Below are positions 1-11,000 of a stretch of 64,000 nt of DNA, one piece after another. Position 1 is the first letter of the stretch. Each line of letters starts with the position of its first letter. The position numbers were made by a program, and so were the translations under genes. Origin of the DNA: Dehalococcoidia bacterium (GTDB lineage Bacteria; Chloroflexota; Dehalococcoidia; Lucifugimonadales; QGNO01); NCBI GenBank assembly GCA_965249115.1, contig CBDFLI010000001.1:417996-481995 (forward strand). Reading direction: 5' to 3'. A model generated the notes under the pieces. It had not been told where the DNA came from. It saw only the letters and a program-made list of their open reading frames with translations, and did no database searches.

Positions 1-517
1 CATCTCCGATGATTTCATGATCATCGCCCGCTTGGAAAGCTTGATTGCTGGAGCAGGTCTGCGCGATGCCGTGGAAAGGGCGGAACGGTATATGCAGGCC
101 GGGGCGGACGGGATCATGATCCACTCCTATAAACGGTGGCCGGATGAGGTCCTCGCCTTCGCGGAAATCTATGAAGGAATTTGCCGAAGGCTCGGCCGGC
201 GGCCAGTCCTCGTTAGTGTCCCGACCACCTATAACTCAATCACCGATGCCGAGCTCGCTGCCCACGGGTTTAACATCATCATCCACGCCAATCACCTTCT
301 CCGAGCTGCCTACAAGGCCATGGTCGAGGCCGCGAGTACGATTCTCACCAGCGGACGTAGTCTTGAAGCAGATTCATCGATCGCTGCTGTCCCGGAGATA
401 TTCTCTTGTGTTGGTCTAGACCGTATCTCAAAAAGGGATAAGGAGCGCTCACAGGCTCCACGCATCGCCGAGAGAGCAGGAGACCCGGCTGCCTTGCCAC
501 AGGGACAACGCCGCTAG
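1..517 (+). CDS. pepM: Phosphoenolpyruvate phosphomutase, C-terminal part (5' end outside window)
   Basis: IIARLESLIAG...AERYMQAGADGIMIHS...VPTTY...ANHLLRA is typical of PEP mutase/ICL superfamily; it precedes a decarboxylase and an AEP transaminase. Confidence 0.88.
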   Translation, partial: ISDDFMIIARLESLIAGAGLRDAVERAERYMQAGADGIMIHSYKRWPDEVLAFAEIYEGICRRLGRRPVLVSVPTTYNSITDAELAAHGFNIIIHANHLLRAAYKAMVEAASTILTSGRSLEADSSIAAVPEIFSCVGLDRISKRDKERSQAPRIAERAGDPAALPQGQRR

Positions 518-526
518 GGGGCAGCA

Positions 527-1021
527 ATGGATCCCCAGACATTCTGGAGTGCCCTGAAAGCACGGGGCTTCACCTTTTTTGCCGGCGTGCCGGATTCTAC
601 GTTTCATCAGGCCTATAACGCCATGGTGCGGGACCCGGACATCCGCTACGTACCCGCGGTTCGGGAGGACGTAGCCCTGGGGCTGGCGAGCGCTTCTTAT
701 TTCGCTGGTGGCCTGGGTGGGGTGATAATGCAGAACTCCGGCATCGGGAACATTGTGAACCCCTTGACCTCCTTCAGTTTGATGTACAAGATCCCGGTAC
801 TTCTTGTGATCGGATGGCGTGGATACGGAGGTCCTCCCAACGACGCTCCCGAGCACTGGATCATGGGCGCAAAAACCCCGGATATCCTCGACCTTCTGGG
901 GGTCCCATACGAAATATTAGAGCCGGACAATCTAGATTCCGCGCTTGACCGACTTCTGACTGCTATAGACGAGCAGTCGGTACCGGCAGCGTTGTTGGTC
1001 CGCGCTGGAGTCATCGAGTGA
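527..1021 (+). CDS. Phosphonopyruvate/sulfopyruvate decarboxylase alpha subunit (TPP Pyr domain)
   Basis: GVPDS, REDVALGLA, MQNSGIGNIVNPL, IGWRG...DAPEH motifs. Confidence 0.88.
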   Translation: MDPQTFWSALKARGFTFFAGVPDSTFHQAYNAMVRDPDIRYVPAVREDVALGLASASYFAGGLGGVIMQNSGIGNIVNPLTSFSLMYKIPVLLVIGWRGYGGPPNDAPEHWIMGAKTPDILDLLGVPYEILEPDNLDSALDRLLTAIDEQSVPAALLVRAGVIE

Positions 1022-1590
1022 TCGACAGGTACAAAGCGATCGGGAAAATCTTGGAGCAGGTGGGAGTTGGTGACCTGGTCTTGAGCACCACGGGAATGAT
1101 CTCACGCGAGGTGTTCGTAGCCAATGACAGGCCGGAAAACTTTTACATGATCGGTTCTATGGGCCTGCTCTCCTCTTTTGGATTGGGCGTGGCGCTGCTC
1201 AACCCGGAGAAACGGGTGTTCGTGCTGGAAGGGGACGGGAGCGCACTTATGAGCCTCGGAACGTTGCCCCTAATCGCCACTGAGAACCCCAGCAATCTGT
1301 TCCACATCATTCTGGATAACGAAGCGTACGAGTCCACCGGAGCTCAGCCAACCATAAGCTCAGAGGTTGACTTGGCCGCCGTGGGCAAGAGTTGCGGTTA
1401 CCGGCATGTGGCTCGGGTGGACGACATCGAGGGCCTCCAGAATGCTTTGTTGGAATGTGACATGGGCCATGGTCCTTATATGATCCTGGTAAAAGCCGCT
1501 ATCGCCCCAGTTGAAGCCATTCCCCGGGTTTCCCACTCCCCCACAGACATTCGGGACAGGTTTAGGCGCGGCATACGAGGCGGAGACTGA
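1018..1590 (+). CDS. Phosphonopyruvate/sulfopyruvate decarboxylase beta subunit (TPP-binding domain)
   Basis: STTGMISRE, FYMIGSMG, TPP motif GDGS...LDNEAYESTGAQ; GTGA overlap with the alpha gene. Confidence 0.88.
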   Translation: MIDRYKAIGKILEQVGVGDLVLSTTGMISREVFVANDRPENFYMIGSMGLLSSFGLGVALLNPEKRVFVLEGDGSALMSLGTLPLIATENPSNLFHIILDNEAYESTGAQPTISSEVDLAAVGKSCGYRHVARVDDIEGLQNALLECDMGHGPYMILVKAAIAPVEAIPRVSHSPTDIRDRFRRGIRGGD

Positions 1591-1595
1591 AAGAA

Positions 1596-2666
1596 ATGCT
1601 CATATTGTCACCGGGTCCGGCAAACATTTCAGAACGAGTTCGCCTGGCACTCACCAAGCCGGACATCGGCCATCGGGAGTCCGAGTTCTCGACTCTGCTC
1701 GTGGACACGAAGTCCCTGCTTCTGGAGCTATGGGGTGTCCCCCAAGGGTATGCCTGTGCGGTGCTGAGTGGGTCCGGGACCACGGCAATCGAGGCCAGCA
1801 TTACATCACTCTGCGATGTCACCAACGGAGTTCTAATACTCTCCAATGGCGTATATGGCGAACGAGCAGCCCAGATAGCTCAGGTATATGGGGTGCCTCA
1901 CACTCTGGAGAAGTTCGAATGGACCCTTCCCCTTCCCCTGGATCAGGTTGAGGCTCTTCTTGGCGCCACAGATCATGATGCCGTCTACCTCATCCATCAT
2001 GAAACCACTACGGGCGTCTTGAATCCGCTGAGAGAGGTGGCCGAAATAGCAAGGCGTCACCATAAGTGGGTGTTGGTGGACACGGTCAGCAGCGTGGCCG
2101 GGGAGGAACTGGACCTGCCAGGTTGGGGAGTTGACTTGATTGTCGGCTCAGCTAACAAATGCATCCGAGGGGTCCCAGGGGTCTCCTTCGTTGTCCTTTC
2201 GGACGATCTGCGACAAGCGATTTCGAAACGCCGCCAGGTGGCGTACTCCACGGACCTGGTCAGCACTCTCGATAGAGAGGACGAGGGAGAAACTCCCTTT
2301 ACCCCACCGATCCAGACGGTATATGCTCTTCAAGAAGCCTTGCTAGAGCTGGCCGAAGAAGGTGTCCAAAACCGCATTGCCGGCTACCAGAGCATCGCAA
2401 GGACCCTCCGTGACGGGCTCTCGTCACTTGAACTCAGCTTCCTGGTGCTGCGTGAGCATCTTTCCAACACCATGACTTCGGTGATGCTGCCGCAGGGCTT
2501 TTCTTACCCCGCGTTGCATGATCCCCTCAAAGACTTGGGGTACGTGATCTACAAGTCCCAGGGGGACCTTAGTAAGACGACCTTCCGCCTCGGTACCGTC
2601 GGGCTGATCACCCAGGACGACATCCATGGCTTCCTGAACGCGTTAGGGCAGGTGCTGCGCCGCTGA
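1596..2666 (+). CDS. 2-aminoethylphosphonate:pyruvate-type aminotransferase (class V PLP)
   Basis: SPGP, GHRESEF, GSGT, NGVYGER, HHETTTG, DTVSS, SANK (PLP lysine), TPFTPP. Confidence 0.87.
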   Translation: MLILSPGPANISERVRLALTKPDIGHRESEFSTLLVDTKSLLLELWGVPQGYACAVLSGSGTTAIEASITSLCDVTNGVLILSNGVYGERAAQIAQVYGVPHTLEKFEWTLPLPLDQVEALLGATDHDAVYLIHHETTTGVLNPLREVAEIARRHHKWVLVDTVSSVAGEELDLPGWGVDLIVGSANKCIRGVPGVSFVVLSDDLRQAISKRRQVAYSTDLVSTLDREDEGETPFTPPIQTVYALQEALLELAEEGVQNRIAGYQSIARTLRDGLSSLELSFLVLREHLSNTMTSVMLPQGFSYPALHDPLKDLGYVIYKSQGDLSKTTFRLGTVGLITQDDIHGFLNALGQVLRR

Positions 2667-2780
2667 GAGGGGCAGTACCAAGCCGTGCTGAAGAAAGTAC
2701 TAGGCAGTGACCACGGCGCTGGTGTGCAGGGAAGCTGATTGCGCGGCTGGCGGAGGTCAAGTTCCCGGTATTGACTTATC

Positions 2781-2822
2781 TGGTGGGCCTACGTGTACTG
2801 AACTGCGAACTTTTCGATTGGC
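2781..2822 (+). other. Putative att site (tRNA 3'-end-like core TGGTGGGCCTA)
   Basis: TGGTGGGCCTACGTGTACTGAACTGCGAACTTTTCG aligns with the sequence at the recombinase 3' end (5562) and with the inverted copy ending at 51824. Confidence 0.55.
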
Positions 2823-3006
2823 TGTTGCCTTGTGACCCACCCACGTAAGCTCTGCCCGCGGGAGCGCATCTCCAGGAGATCAGGCGGGACAGAACCATAA
2901 TCATTCGCCTCTCGCCCCGGCAATATCCTTACGTTGGAACATTCAGAAGTAGACGGCACAGGCGACAAGGGTGTAGGCCGTAAGGACACCTTCACAATGC
3001 GATATA

Positions 3007-3690
3007 TCATTTCTTGGACCACCGTTCTACCGTCGTCAGAAGCTGAAGTGCGGCGGTCTCAACTCTTGGGTCTTGCTCTAGCCGCAAGGCAGCGACTTCA
3101 CCCTGAGAACCGCCACGCGTTTTTTCCGCGTGTAACCTAATGCGAGCCTGACCATCACTGCCTGTTTCGAGTTCGTAGCTCCTGCCTGTTCCAGTTGGCA
3201 TATCGTGGGCAACGGCGACCAACCCTCCCTCGAGGTCGTGAGCATCGCGAGGGACCAGATACACAATGGTATCCTGGTCTATCCAAGTCTTCATCCCTAC
3301 CGGAATGTTTTCCATAACCTTTCTTCGACGCTGTTCGTCCCGAGCCTGACGGTCCAGGGAAGGTTCGGACTGTCCAACTATTGGAGTACCGGCTGGAGTT
3401 GGAGTTGTCCCTGCTGTAGCTAGTGGCGTCTCTGCCTGTGTCGGTGTCGCAGTGTCCGCCCCCACTTCACTTGTAGCTGTTGGTGTGCTTGATGGCGTCT
3501 CTATCTGGAGCGGCGTCCCAGTGCCCGACTCCGCTTCACTCATAGCTGTTCGTGTGCTTGCTGGCGTCTCTGCCCGAATCCCCGTCCCACCGCCCCACTC
3601 CACGTCGCCGGTAGGCGTTGGTGAGGAACTAGCGCAGGCACCTAGCGTCAAGGCCACGACTCCAACTACGATGGTTGCTAGAAATCGCAT
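3007..3690 (-). CDS. Hypothetical lipoprotein with Pro/Thr-rich linker
   Basis: GGAGG RBS before ATG at 3690; hydrophobic signal ending in LGAC lipobox; PT-rich repeats. Confidence 0.65.
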   Translation of the reverse strand: MRFLATIVVGVVALTLGACASSSPTPTGDVEWGGGTGIRAETPASTRTAMSEAESGTGTPLQIETPSSTPTATSEVGADTATPTQAETPLATAGTTPTPAGTPIVGQSEPSLDRQARDEQRRRKVMENIPVGMKTWIDQDTIVYLVPRDAHDLEGGLVAVAHDMPTGTGRSYELETGSDGQARIRLHAEKTRGGSQGEVAALRLEQDPRVETAALQLLTTVERWSKK

Positions 3691-4110
3691 GATGCCACCT
3701 CCATTAAGTCGAGAATCGAGTACCATCTCCAAGTAAGACGCTCTTGCCGGAGGAATAGTTCCCGGCGAGTATGGCGCTCCTCCTTCTTTTTCAAGCAGAT
3801 TCTGTATCAGCGGCGACGCTGGCCCACGGAGCGAACCCCCAACTTCTTCCTAAACGACCTGCCTCTACCCGGACGTTATCGGCCAACAAGGGCCGGGAAC
3901 GATGCCAATAGTGGGATGAGCTTCTTCGCAAGGCGCCGAATACGCGGATTCGGTCGTGTTTCAGGCGCTCAGCACTCTCATCATCTGGATTCTGTCTATT
4001 CGAGTATACGCCTCAACTGCCCATTTCGTTCCATGAACAAGCGGCTCCTCAGCGATCTAGTGTACATCCACTCCCAGATGCCGTCAGGGCTCACCCAATA
4101 TAGGCAATGA

Positions 4111-5622
<1,512 letters not shown>

Positions 5623-6037
5623 GACTCCAGAGGGTTGCCATGCTAATCTCATCGTAAAGTGGGTCTAAGCGTACTGTACCGCGCACTGCCCAACAGCTCC
5701 CCATCAGCACCGCGCAGCTCCTGGGGTGTGGCGTAGAGCAATACCGCCGAAATCTGGCAGGAACTGTCGAAATGGGAAGGCTCGAATTTCACCATCGAGG
5801 CGGTCAAGACGAGTTTCTGCCCATCCGGTGTGGGTGAGCCTGACTGTTACCCGACGCTGAACGGAGCGATCCTAATGAGAGGATACATCAACGCGCCATG
5901 CGAGGTCGGCACCACAAAGCGGTATGTCCATCTCTCAATAGGGCGACTGACCGTTGAAGGTGTCACCTATTCGGGGCTGACCGGTTCAGGTAGGGACGTA
6001 GACTGCGACGGCTAGTAAGCCTTAAACTGGTTGTCTA

Positions 6038-6937
6038 ATGGACGATACTGATACTCGGGTTGACCATCTTCTGAATTCCGTTGTTGGCTGTGCCTTTGTA
6101 GTCGCGTTTGACGAAGCTGGCCTCACGCCAGACGTCGTAGCAGACCCGAATGCCAGCCTACGGATGGCCGCAGCCTGCGTCAACTTCGTGTTTAGGTACA
6201 ACTCCAACCATGATTTGGTCGCGCCTGGGATACTAACTCTCGCAAGGGGACAGGTAGACCAGGCGCGTACCCTCATCGAAAGCCCTGATACCCAATGGTG
6301 GTTCCACGATGTAGACCTTGATAGGCAGACTTGGCTCTCGATACACGGCACTCCGGACGAGTTCATCTATGGCACGCCGCCGGATACCATGGCGTGGCAA
6401 CAACCGGGGAACCCACCGAGGCCTTGGGAGCGTTACGCACAGAAGCCTTACGGAAACCAGATCACATCGACCCTATACGGTCCGTACCTCACGTCGACAC
6501 TTGTAGCCTATGATAGCCGGGTGGGTGACTACGATTGCAAGTTCCCGCTGGCGTGGTGGTCTGTCCGCTTTCCTGAGAGCGTGCGAGTGTACGAGATTCA
6601 TGGCCCGTCGGATTGGCATGACCTATGCGTCAGCTATCCTGCAAGGGGTAGAGAGGACGACCGCCTGGTGCCGAATTGGGGAGCTGCATCGGAAGAGTGG
6701 GACGGTGTTCACCTAAGCTTGGGTGGGCTACTGACTGCGGAGCAGAACCGTTACGAGTCACCCGCTGGATGGACAATGCTGGATGCCTGGCACGCCGAGC
6801 AAACCTATTGGCTACGTGCGCTGAAGACGGAAACGAAGCGTCGCCCAGACTTCGACAGAGGGCTGGGGCCGCCCCAGATCAATGGACTTCGATTTCCTGA
6901 CTTTGGGGAGGGACCTGGGACACTGCTACGGACTTGA
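6038..6937 (+). CDS. Conserved hypothetical protein
   Basis: 299-aa ORF with protein-like C-terminal motifs VYEIHGPSDW..L...YP, PNW...WDGVHLS, W..EQTYWL. Confidence 0.65.
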   Translation: MDDTDTRVDHLLNSVVGCAFVVAFDEAGLTPDVVADPNASLRMAAACVNFVFRYNSNHDLVAPGILTLARGQVDQARTLIESPDTQWWFHDVDLDRQTWLSIHGTPDEFIYGTPPDTMAWQQPGNPPRPWERYAQKPYGNQITSTLYGPYLTSTLVAYDSRVGDYDCKFPLAWWSVRFPESVRVYEIHGPSDWHDLCVSYPARGREDDRLVPNWGAASEEWDGVHLSLGGLLTAEQNRYESPAGWTMLDAWHAEQTYWLRALKTETKRRPDFDRGLGPPQINGLRFPDFGEGPGTLLRT

Positions 6938-7052
6938 CCGGAGTTCGCTAAGTCCTTCAGGGGCACGTCTACGCCTGCCTGTATGGCTGTCGTCGGGCTA
7001 CTCTACGCCATCTTGTTCCTGTTCCGCCAACGCCAAGCGGAATCCAGAAAAT

Positions 7053-7797
7053 ATGAAAATGCGAACTAGCCTACGCAATCACCGGGTATTGTGGGCCGTA
7101 TTGAGTACGACTATCGCCTTGGGAGTTGCCGCAGTTGGTAGCTACTTTGGCTTCGTTGTGCAGAACAATGATTCCGACCTAGTGAAACTCCCCAATTATG
7201 CGATTGGAGCCACGAAGCTGATGTGGACTCAAGGATTCATAGGCCAGCCGGATGACTTCTCGTCACAATTGGATCGCTCAGATCTGGTTATAGAAGGTGT
7301 AATCGACGAACTGTACCTTGCGCGGTGGTCCAGCGTCGATGGTGCTGCTCCGGATATTCTTCCATCATACGATTGGGATAAGCTCGTAATCGACCTTGCG
7401 CGGCGGTCCAGCGTCGATGGTGCTGCTCCGAATACTCTTCCGCCATACGATTGGAGTAAGCTCGCCACGAATCATAGCGCTATCCACATTCGTACACCAG
7501 TCCAGCTTTTGGTGAAGCAAATCTTCAAAGGGAAGTCCATTGGGGACACTCTCAAGTTTTCATTCATGGGCGGTCGTGTTGGTGACACGGCGCACATCGT
7601 TGATTGGAATGAGTCCTTCCAAGAGGGTGCTCGGATCATTGTATTCTTGGCAACAGGGGCACCTGGGAGTCCCGCCCGTAACGTGGAGGCTAGTGGTTTC
7701 TATCCAAAGAAGGATGCATCTAGTTGTTGAGGGTGATGTTGCGCAAGGGCCAGTGAAAGACATCCCGATAAAAGAACTCTTGCGGCAGCTCCAATAA
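7053..7797 (+). pseudogene. Membrane-anchored hypothetical protein with an internal 78-bp tandem duplication and a 3' frameshift
   Basis: N-terminal TM helix; LARWSSVDGAAPDILPSYDWDKL / LARRSSVDGAAPNTLPPYDWSKL duplication; frame switches near 7705 into RMHLVVEGDVAQG... Confidence 0.55.
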
Positions 7798-7974
7798 TGC
7801 ACCCGCTAAATCCCTATCAGAGGCGGTGACAACGAAGCGGAACTGTCCCTCAATCGCAACAGTCGGCATTCGCAGTCCTTGGACAAAGTGAAGCCCACCA
7901 TACGTGCGTCACGGCTAGAATGTATCATAGAGCGATACATCCAGTCGGTCCCTCATTGGAGGTAGCCTTATTCC

Positions 7975-8040
7975 AGACAAAAAAAGGAACCTCACATATG
8001 GATAGGCAGAGGCAGCCACCGCCCTCGAAAGATGGCTGCC
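7975..8040 (-). terminator. Hairpin plus T-tract; homologous to 28025-28095
   Basis: GGGGCAGCCATC...GGTGGCTGCC followed by TATCCATATGTGAGG and TTTTTTT on the minus strand. Confidence 0.5.
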
Positions 8041-8486
8041 CCCTTGCTATTAATGGGTCAGCGTCCCGCGCCGACCATCTCCTCCTCTCTCCCCTTTCTA
8101 AGCTCAGCGCCCACTCGAACATGGAGAGGATTGCCGGGCAGCGCCGTGGCGCACACACGCCGCTCTGCCTGATCCCGCCACGCTTCCCCGGATTCCGGAC
8201 CCAAATGCAATAAGACCCTACATATAGGGAAGAGGGGCACGTGGCCGTCACCACGACGGCCGCCTGCCCCTGTGGACACCACCGGACTGGCTTGCGAAGG
8301 CCCGGCTCTTAGAATAGCCTCAGCGTCTCTGGCTGTTCTTGGGCCGCCTCTCCCTCGTCAGTTGAATTCTGCGCCGTTCCCTGTACACGGCGGGGCCAAC
8401 GCCTGTTCGAGGGAGTGGGTCGCTCGTGGGTCGGATACTTGGGTGTTAGCAACCAGCAAAAGTGGGACACATTGGGAGCCGAGAGA

Positions 8487-9473
8487 TCAGGGGCTGGATG
8501 GAGGTCTGGTGAGCTCCCTGAGGGCCCTGTTGTAGAGTCGTCGCCGTTCGGTGGTTTGAGCCTTCACCTCCTTCCTGCGTTGTAGGATCTCTTGCCGTCT
8601 TCCCTTGAGCACGTCTGATGGTGTCACGTTGCCCAGAGCCTTGTGATAGCGCCGGTAGTTGTAGTAGCTGACGAAGGCCGCGATAGCAGCCTCAAGGTGG
8701 GCGGGCAACTCATAAGGCACCTGGTTGACGTCCCGTTTGATGGTCTGGTGGTAGCGCTCCAGCTTCCCGTTGGTCTGAGGGTGGAAAGGAGTTGCTAGGA
8801 TGTGCTTGATGCCAACCATCCCCAGGTAGTCCCTGAAGGCACGGGAGACGTAGCCTGGACCGTTGTCACTCAGCAGCCTGGTGCGGTCTGTGACTGGAAT
8901 TTGGTCCATGCTGGTCGTGTCCACAGCATCCTGGACCACCTCGATGAAGGAGTCGGCCGTCATATCTTGCTGAAGCCTGTGAGCCAGGATGAAGCGGGAG
9001 TAGTCGTCCATAACGGTGACCAGGTAGTAGTAGCCCCAACCAACCACCCTGAAGTATGAGGCATCGGTGGCCCACATCTGGTGAGGCCCTGTGGTCTTGC
9101 GGTGGTACTCCTTCCCCGCGGCCAACCGCATCTCAGGCCTCTTCACTAGGCCCTCCCTGCCCAGGATACGGTAGACGCTGGACTCTGAGACTGAGAAGCC
9201 CTGGTTGTCGGTGATCCACGCGGCCAGCTGACGGCAGCTCAGCTCTGGCATCTTTCTGGCTGATAACAGGACTGAGCGTTCTTCCTGAATAGTAAGACGG
9301 TTCCATGGTGGCTGATCGCCTCCTGGTCGGTCCTCAAGTCCTTGTTGGTTTTGGCGTCTGAGCCACCGGTAGTAGGTGCTCTTAGGGATGCCCAGCTCTC
9401 TGAGGACCTTTCGCTTGGGGAGGGGAGACGAGGATACTTTGGTAACTACCTCTGCCTTCTCCGGGGCGCTCAT
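8487..9473 (-). CDS. IS3 transposase OrfB (DDE)
   Basis: WATD, TVMDDYSR, SDNG, HPQTNGKLERYH, YNYRRYH. Confidence 0.93.
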   Translation of the reverse strand: MSAPEKAEVVTKVSSSPLPKRKVLRELGIPKSTYYRWLRRQNQQGLEDRPGGDQPPWNRLTIQEERSVLLSARKMPELSCRQLAAWITDNQGFSVSESSVYRILGREGLVKRPEMRLAAGKEYHRKTTGPHQMWATDASYFRVVGWGYYYLVTVMDDYSRFILAHRLQQDMTADSFIEVVQDAVDTTSMDQIPVTDRTRLLSDNGPGYVSRAFRDYLGMVGIKHILATPFHPQTNGKLERYHQTIKRDVNQVPYELPAHLEAAIAAFVSYYNYRRYHKALGNVTPSDVLKGRRQEILQRRKEVKAQTTERRRLYNRALRELTRPPSSP

Positions 9474-9877
9474 CCGCTGGTACCGGTGGCGGCCTGGGGC
9501 ATGGGGATGGCCGTTTTTTTGAGACGGTACGCCTCCAGCGACAGATCGGCCACTAGCTCCTTGAGTTCCCCGTTCTCTCGCTTGAGCTGCCCTACCTCAT
9601 GCTGAGTGGCGTCCCGAACCGAGTCACGGGTCAACCTCTCCTTGCCCGCCTCCATGAACTCTTTGGTCCACGAGTAGTAGGAGTGGGGCTTGATCCCCTC
9701 CCGCCGGCACAGGTCGTTGACTGTGACCTCGCGGCGGAAGCCCTCCAGAACAATTCGGATCTTCTCTTCGGAGGTGTACTTACGTCGGGCAGCCGCCTTC
9801 ACTGTGCGGACGAAAGACCTGGTCTGCTCGCTTCGTTCCTCGGCGGCCTCTGCTTTGCTTACTTCTAATTGGGACAC
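9470..9877 (-). CDS. IS3 transposase OrfA (HTH)
   Basis: RKYTSEEKIRIVLEG...LCRREGI...YYSW; A7 slippery tract places OrfB in the -1 frame; ATGA overlap. Confidence 0.92.
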   Translation of the reverse strand: MSQLEVSKAEAAEERSEQTRSFVRTVKAAARRKYTSEEKIRIVLEGFRREVTVNDLCRREGIKPHSYYSWTKEFMEAGKERLTRDSVRDATQHEVGQLKRENGELKELVADLSLEAYRLKKTAIPMPQAATGTSG

Positions 9878-10039
9878 ATCTGCTCCTTTCTGTGGGTAAC
9901 TCTACCCTCATTTCAGGAGCTCACACCACCCTCCGACTCTCGGGTTTTCCTACCCTTATATGTGTCCCATTATCGCTGACGGTCTACAACCATTGGCCTA
10001 TCCTCCACTATCACCCCCTACTGACTCAGAGCAACTGTA

Positions 10040-10531
10040 TCAGTTGGTAGGCTCATACCAACCCGATCCGAAGACAAGCCCGTCACGCTCCACTACCCAA
10101 GAGTGCTTTGTCCCTTCTTCACCCGTGACCGGATTCAAGTAGACATAGCTCACCCACATGCCTTCTTCCGTGGCGTCCGCCATGACGGCACCGAAGGCGT
10201 AGCCAGTAGAATCCACCCCGAGAGGGCCACGAATGCTCTGACCTATGTTGTCCGGAACGGTGGCGCGGGCGATGGTGACATCGCTCTCGTCGGTGATGAA
10301 GATGTACCACTCGCCGTCCACACTCTCCTTGGTGTTGTAGTAAGCAATGGTAGCGTCTCTACCCTCTTCGTCGTAGCGGTCAATGGCCTGCTGCACAAAA
10401 GCCTTTGTAAACGCTGGGGGATCGGACTTTGAAGGAGCTATTGAGTCGCTTCCCCCACAGGCGGCAGCCATGAAAACGGCAACGACTACCGAACCAATAA
10501 GCGATGCCGTTAGATTGTTGGTCTTCATCAT
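10040..10531 (-). CDS. Single Cache-domain lipoprotein
   Basis: AAAC lipobox; FVQQAIDRY...GEWYIFI...WVSYVYLNPVTG...KHSWV...FGSGWY is sCache-like. Confidence 0.75.
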   Translation of the reverse strand: MMKTNNLTASLIGSVVVAVFMAAACGGSDSIAPSKSDPPAFTKAFVQQAIDRYDEEGRDATIAYYNTKESVDGEWYIFITDESDVTIARATVPDNIGQSIRGPLGVDSTGYAFGAVMADATEEGMWVSYVYLNPVTGEEGTKHSWVVERDGLVFGSGWYEPTN

Positions 10532-10570
10532 AGAATTCCTCCTACATGTTCAAATAGCCGATCCAACCTG

Positions 10571-10993
10571 CTACCCGTCCACCAGCTCTATGCGGTCACC
10601 GTAACGTCGAAAGTCTGAGACGTTGAACGTCAATAGCCTGCGCTCCCCATGCGCCAGCATGGTTGCGACGATGTTGGCGTCGTGAATCTGCCGTCCCCCC
10701 GCGGGAATCTCTCGACACAGCCCCACGAGCGATTCGGTCACCACGGGACCGTCCTCGAGTATCTCGAAGCTGCCTATCAGCCTGCTCACGTCATCCAGGG
10801 CATCCTCACGGGTGATGGCCACTGGCCAGGTCTGCGGTCGAGTGACGACGGCCAGGTACTCTCGTATCACCTGACGGCTGATCCTTAGCGGTTCAGGGTC
10901 TCGAAAAGCACGCTCCAGGCTCGCCCGAGCCGCGTCGTGGTCAGGCGCGCTGGGGACACGGGACTGCACCAGCACGTTGGTGTCTATGAACAT
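10571..10993 (-). CDS. vapC: PIN-domain (VapC-like) toxin
   Basis: FIDTNVLV, QVIREY, IHDANIVATM, LLTFNVSDF. Confidence 0.85.
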   Translation of the reverse strand: MFIDTNVLVQSRVPSAPDHDAARASLERAFRDPEPLRISRQVIREYLAVVTRPQTWPVAITREDALDDVSRLIGSFEILEDGPVVTESLVGLCREIPAGGRQIHDANIVATMLAHGERRLLTFNVSDFRRYGDRIELVDG

Positions 10994-11000
10994 GGCGGGA

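Larger units (their letters stand above)
8444..9988 (-). mobile_element. IS3-family insertion sequence, copy 1 (1545 bp)
   Basis: Imperfect IRs TGTAGACCGTCAGCGATAATGGGACAC / TGTTAGCAACCAGCAAAAGTGGGACAC; orfA+orfB; near-identical to 21489-23033. Confidence 0.93.

Noticed and set aside
7870-7900. GCCCACCA with nearby ACTGCGAA (minus strand) as an att site
   Set aside because: The core is mismatched and spacing differs from the three aligned sites; could be chance
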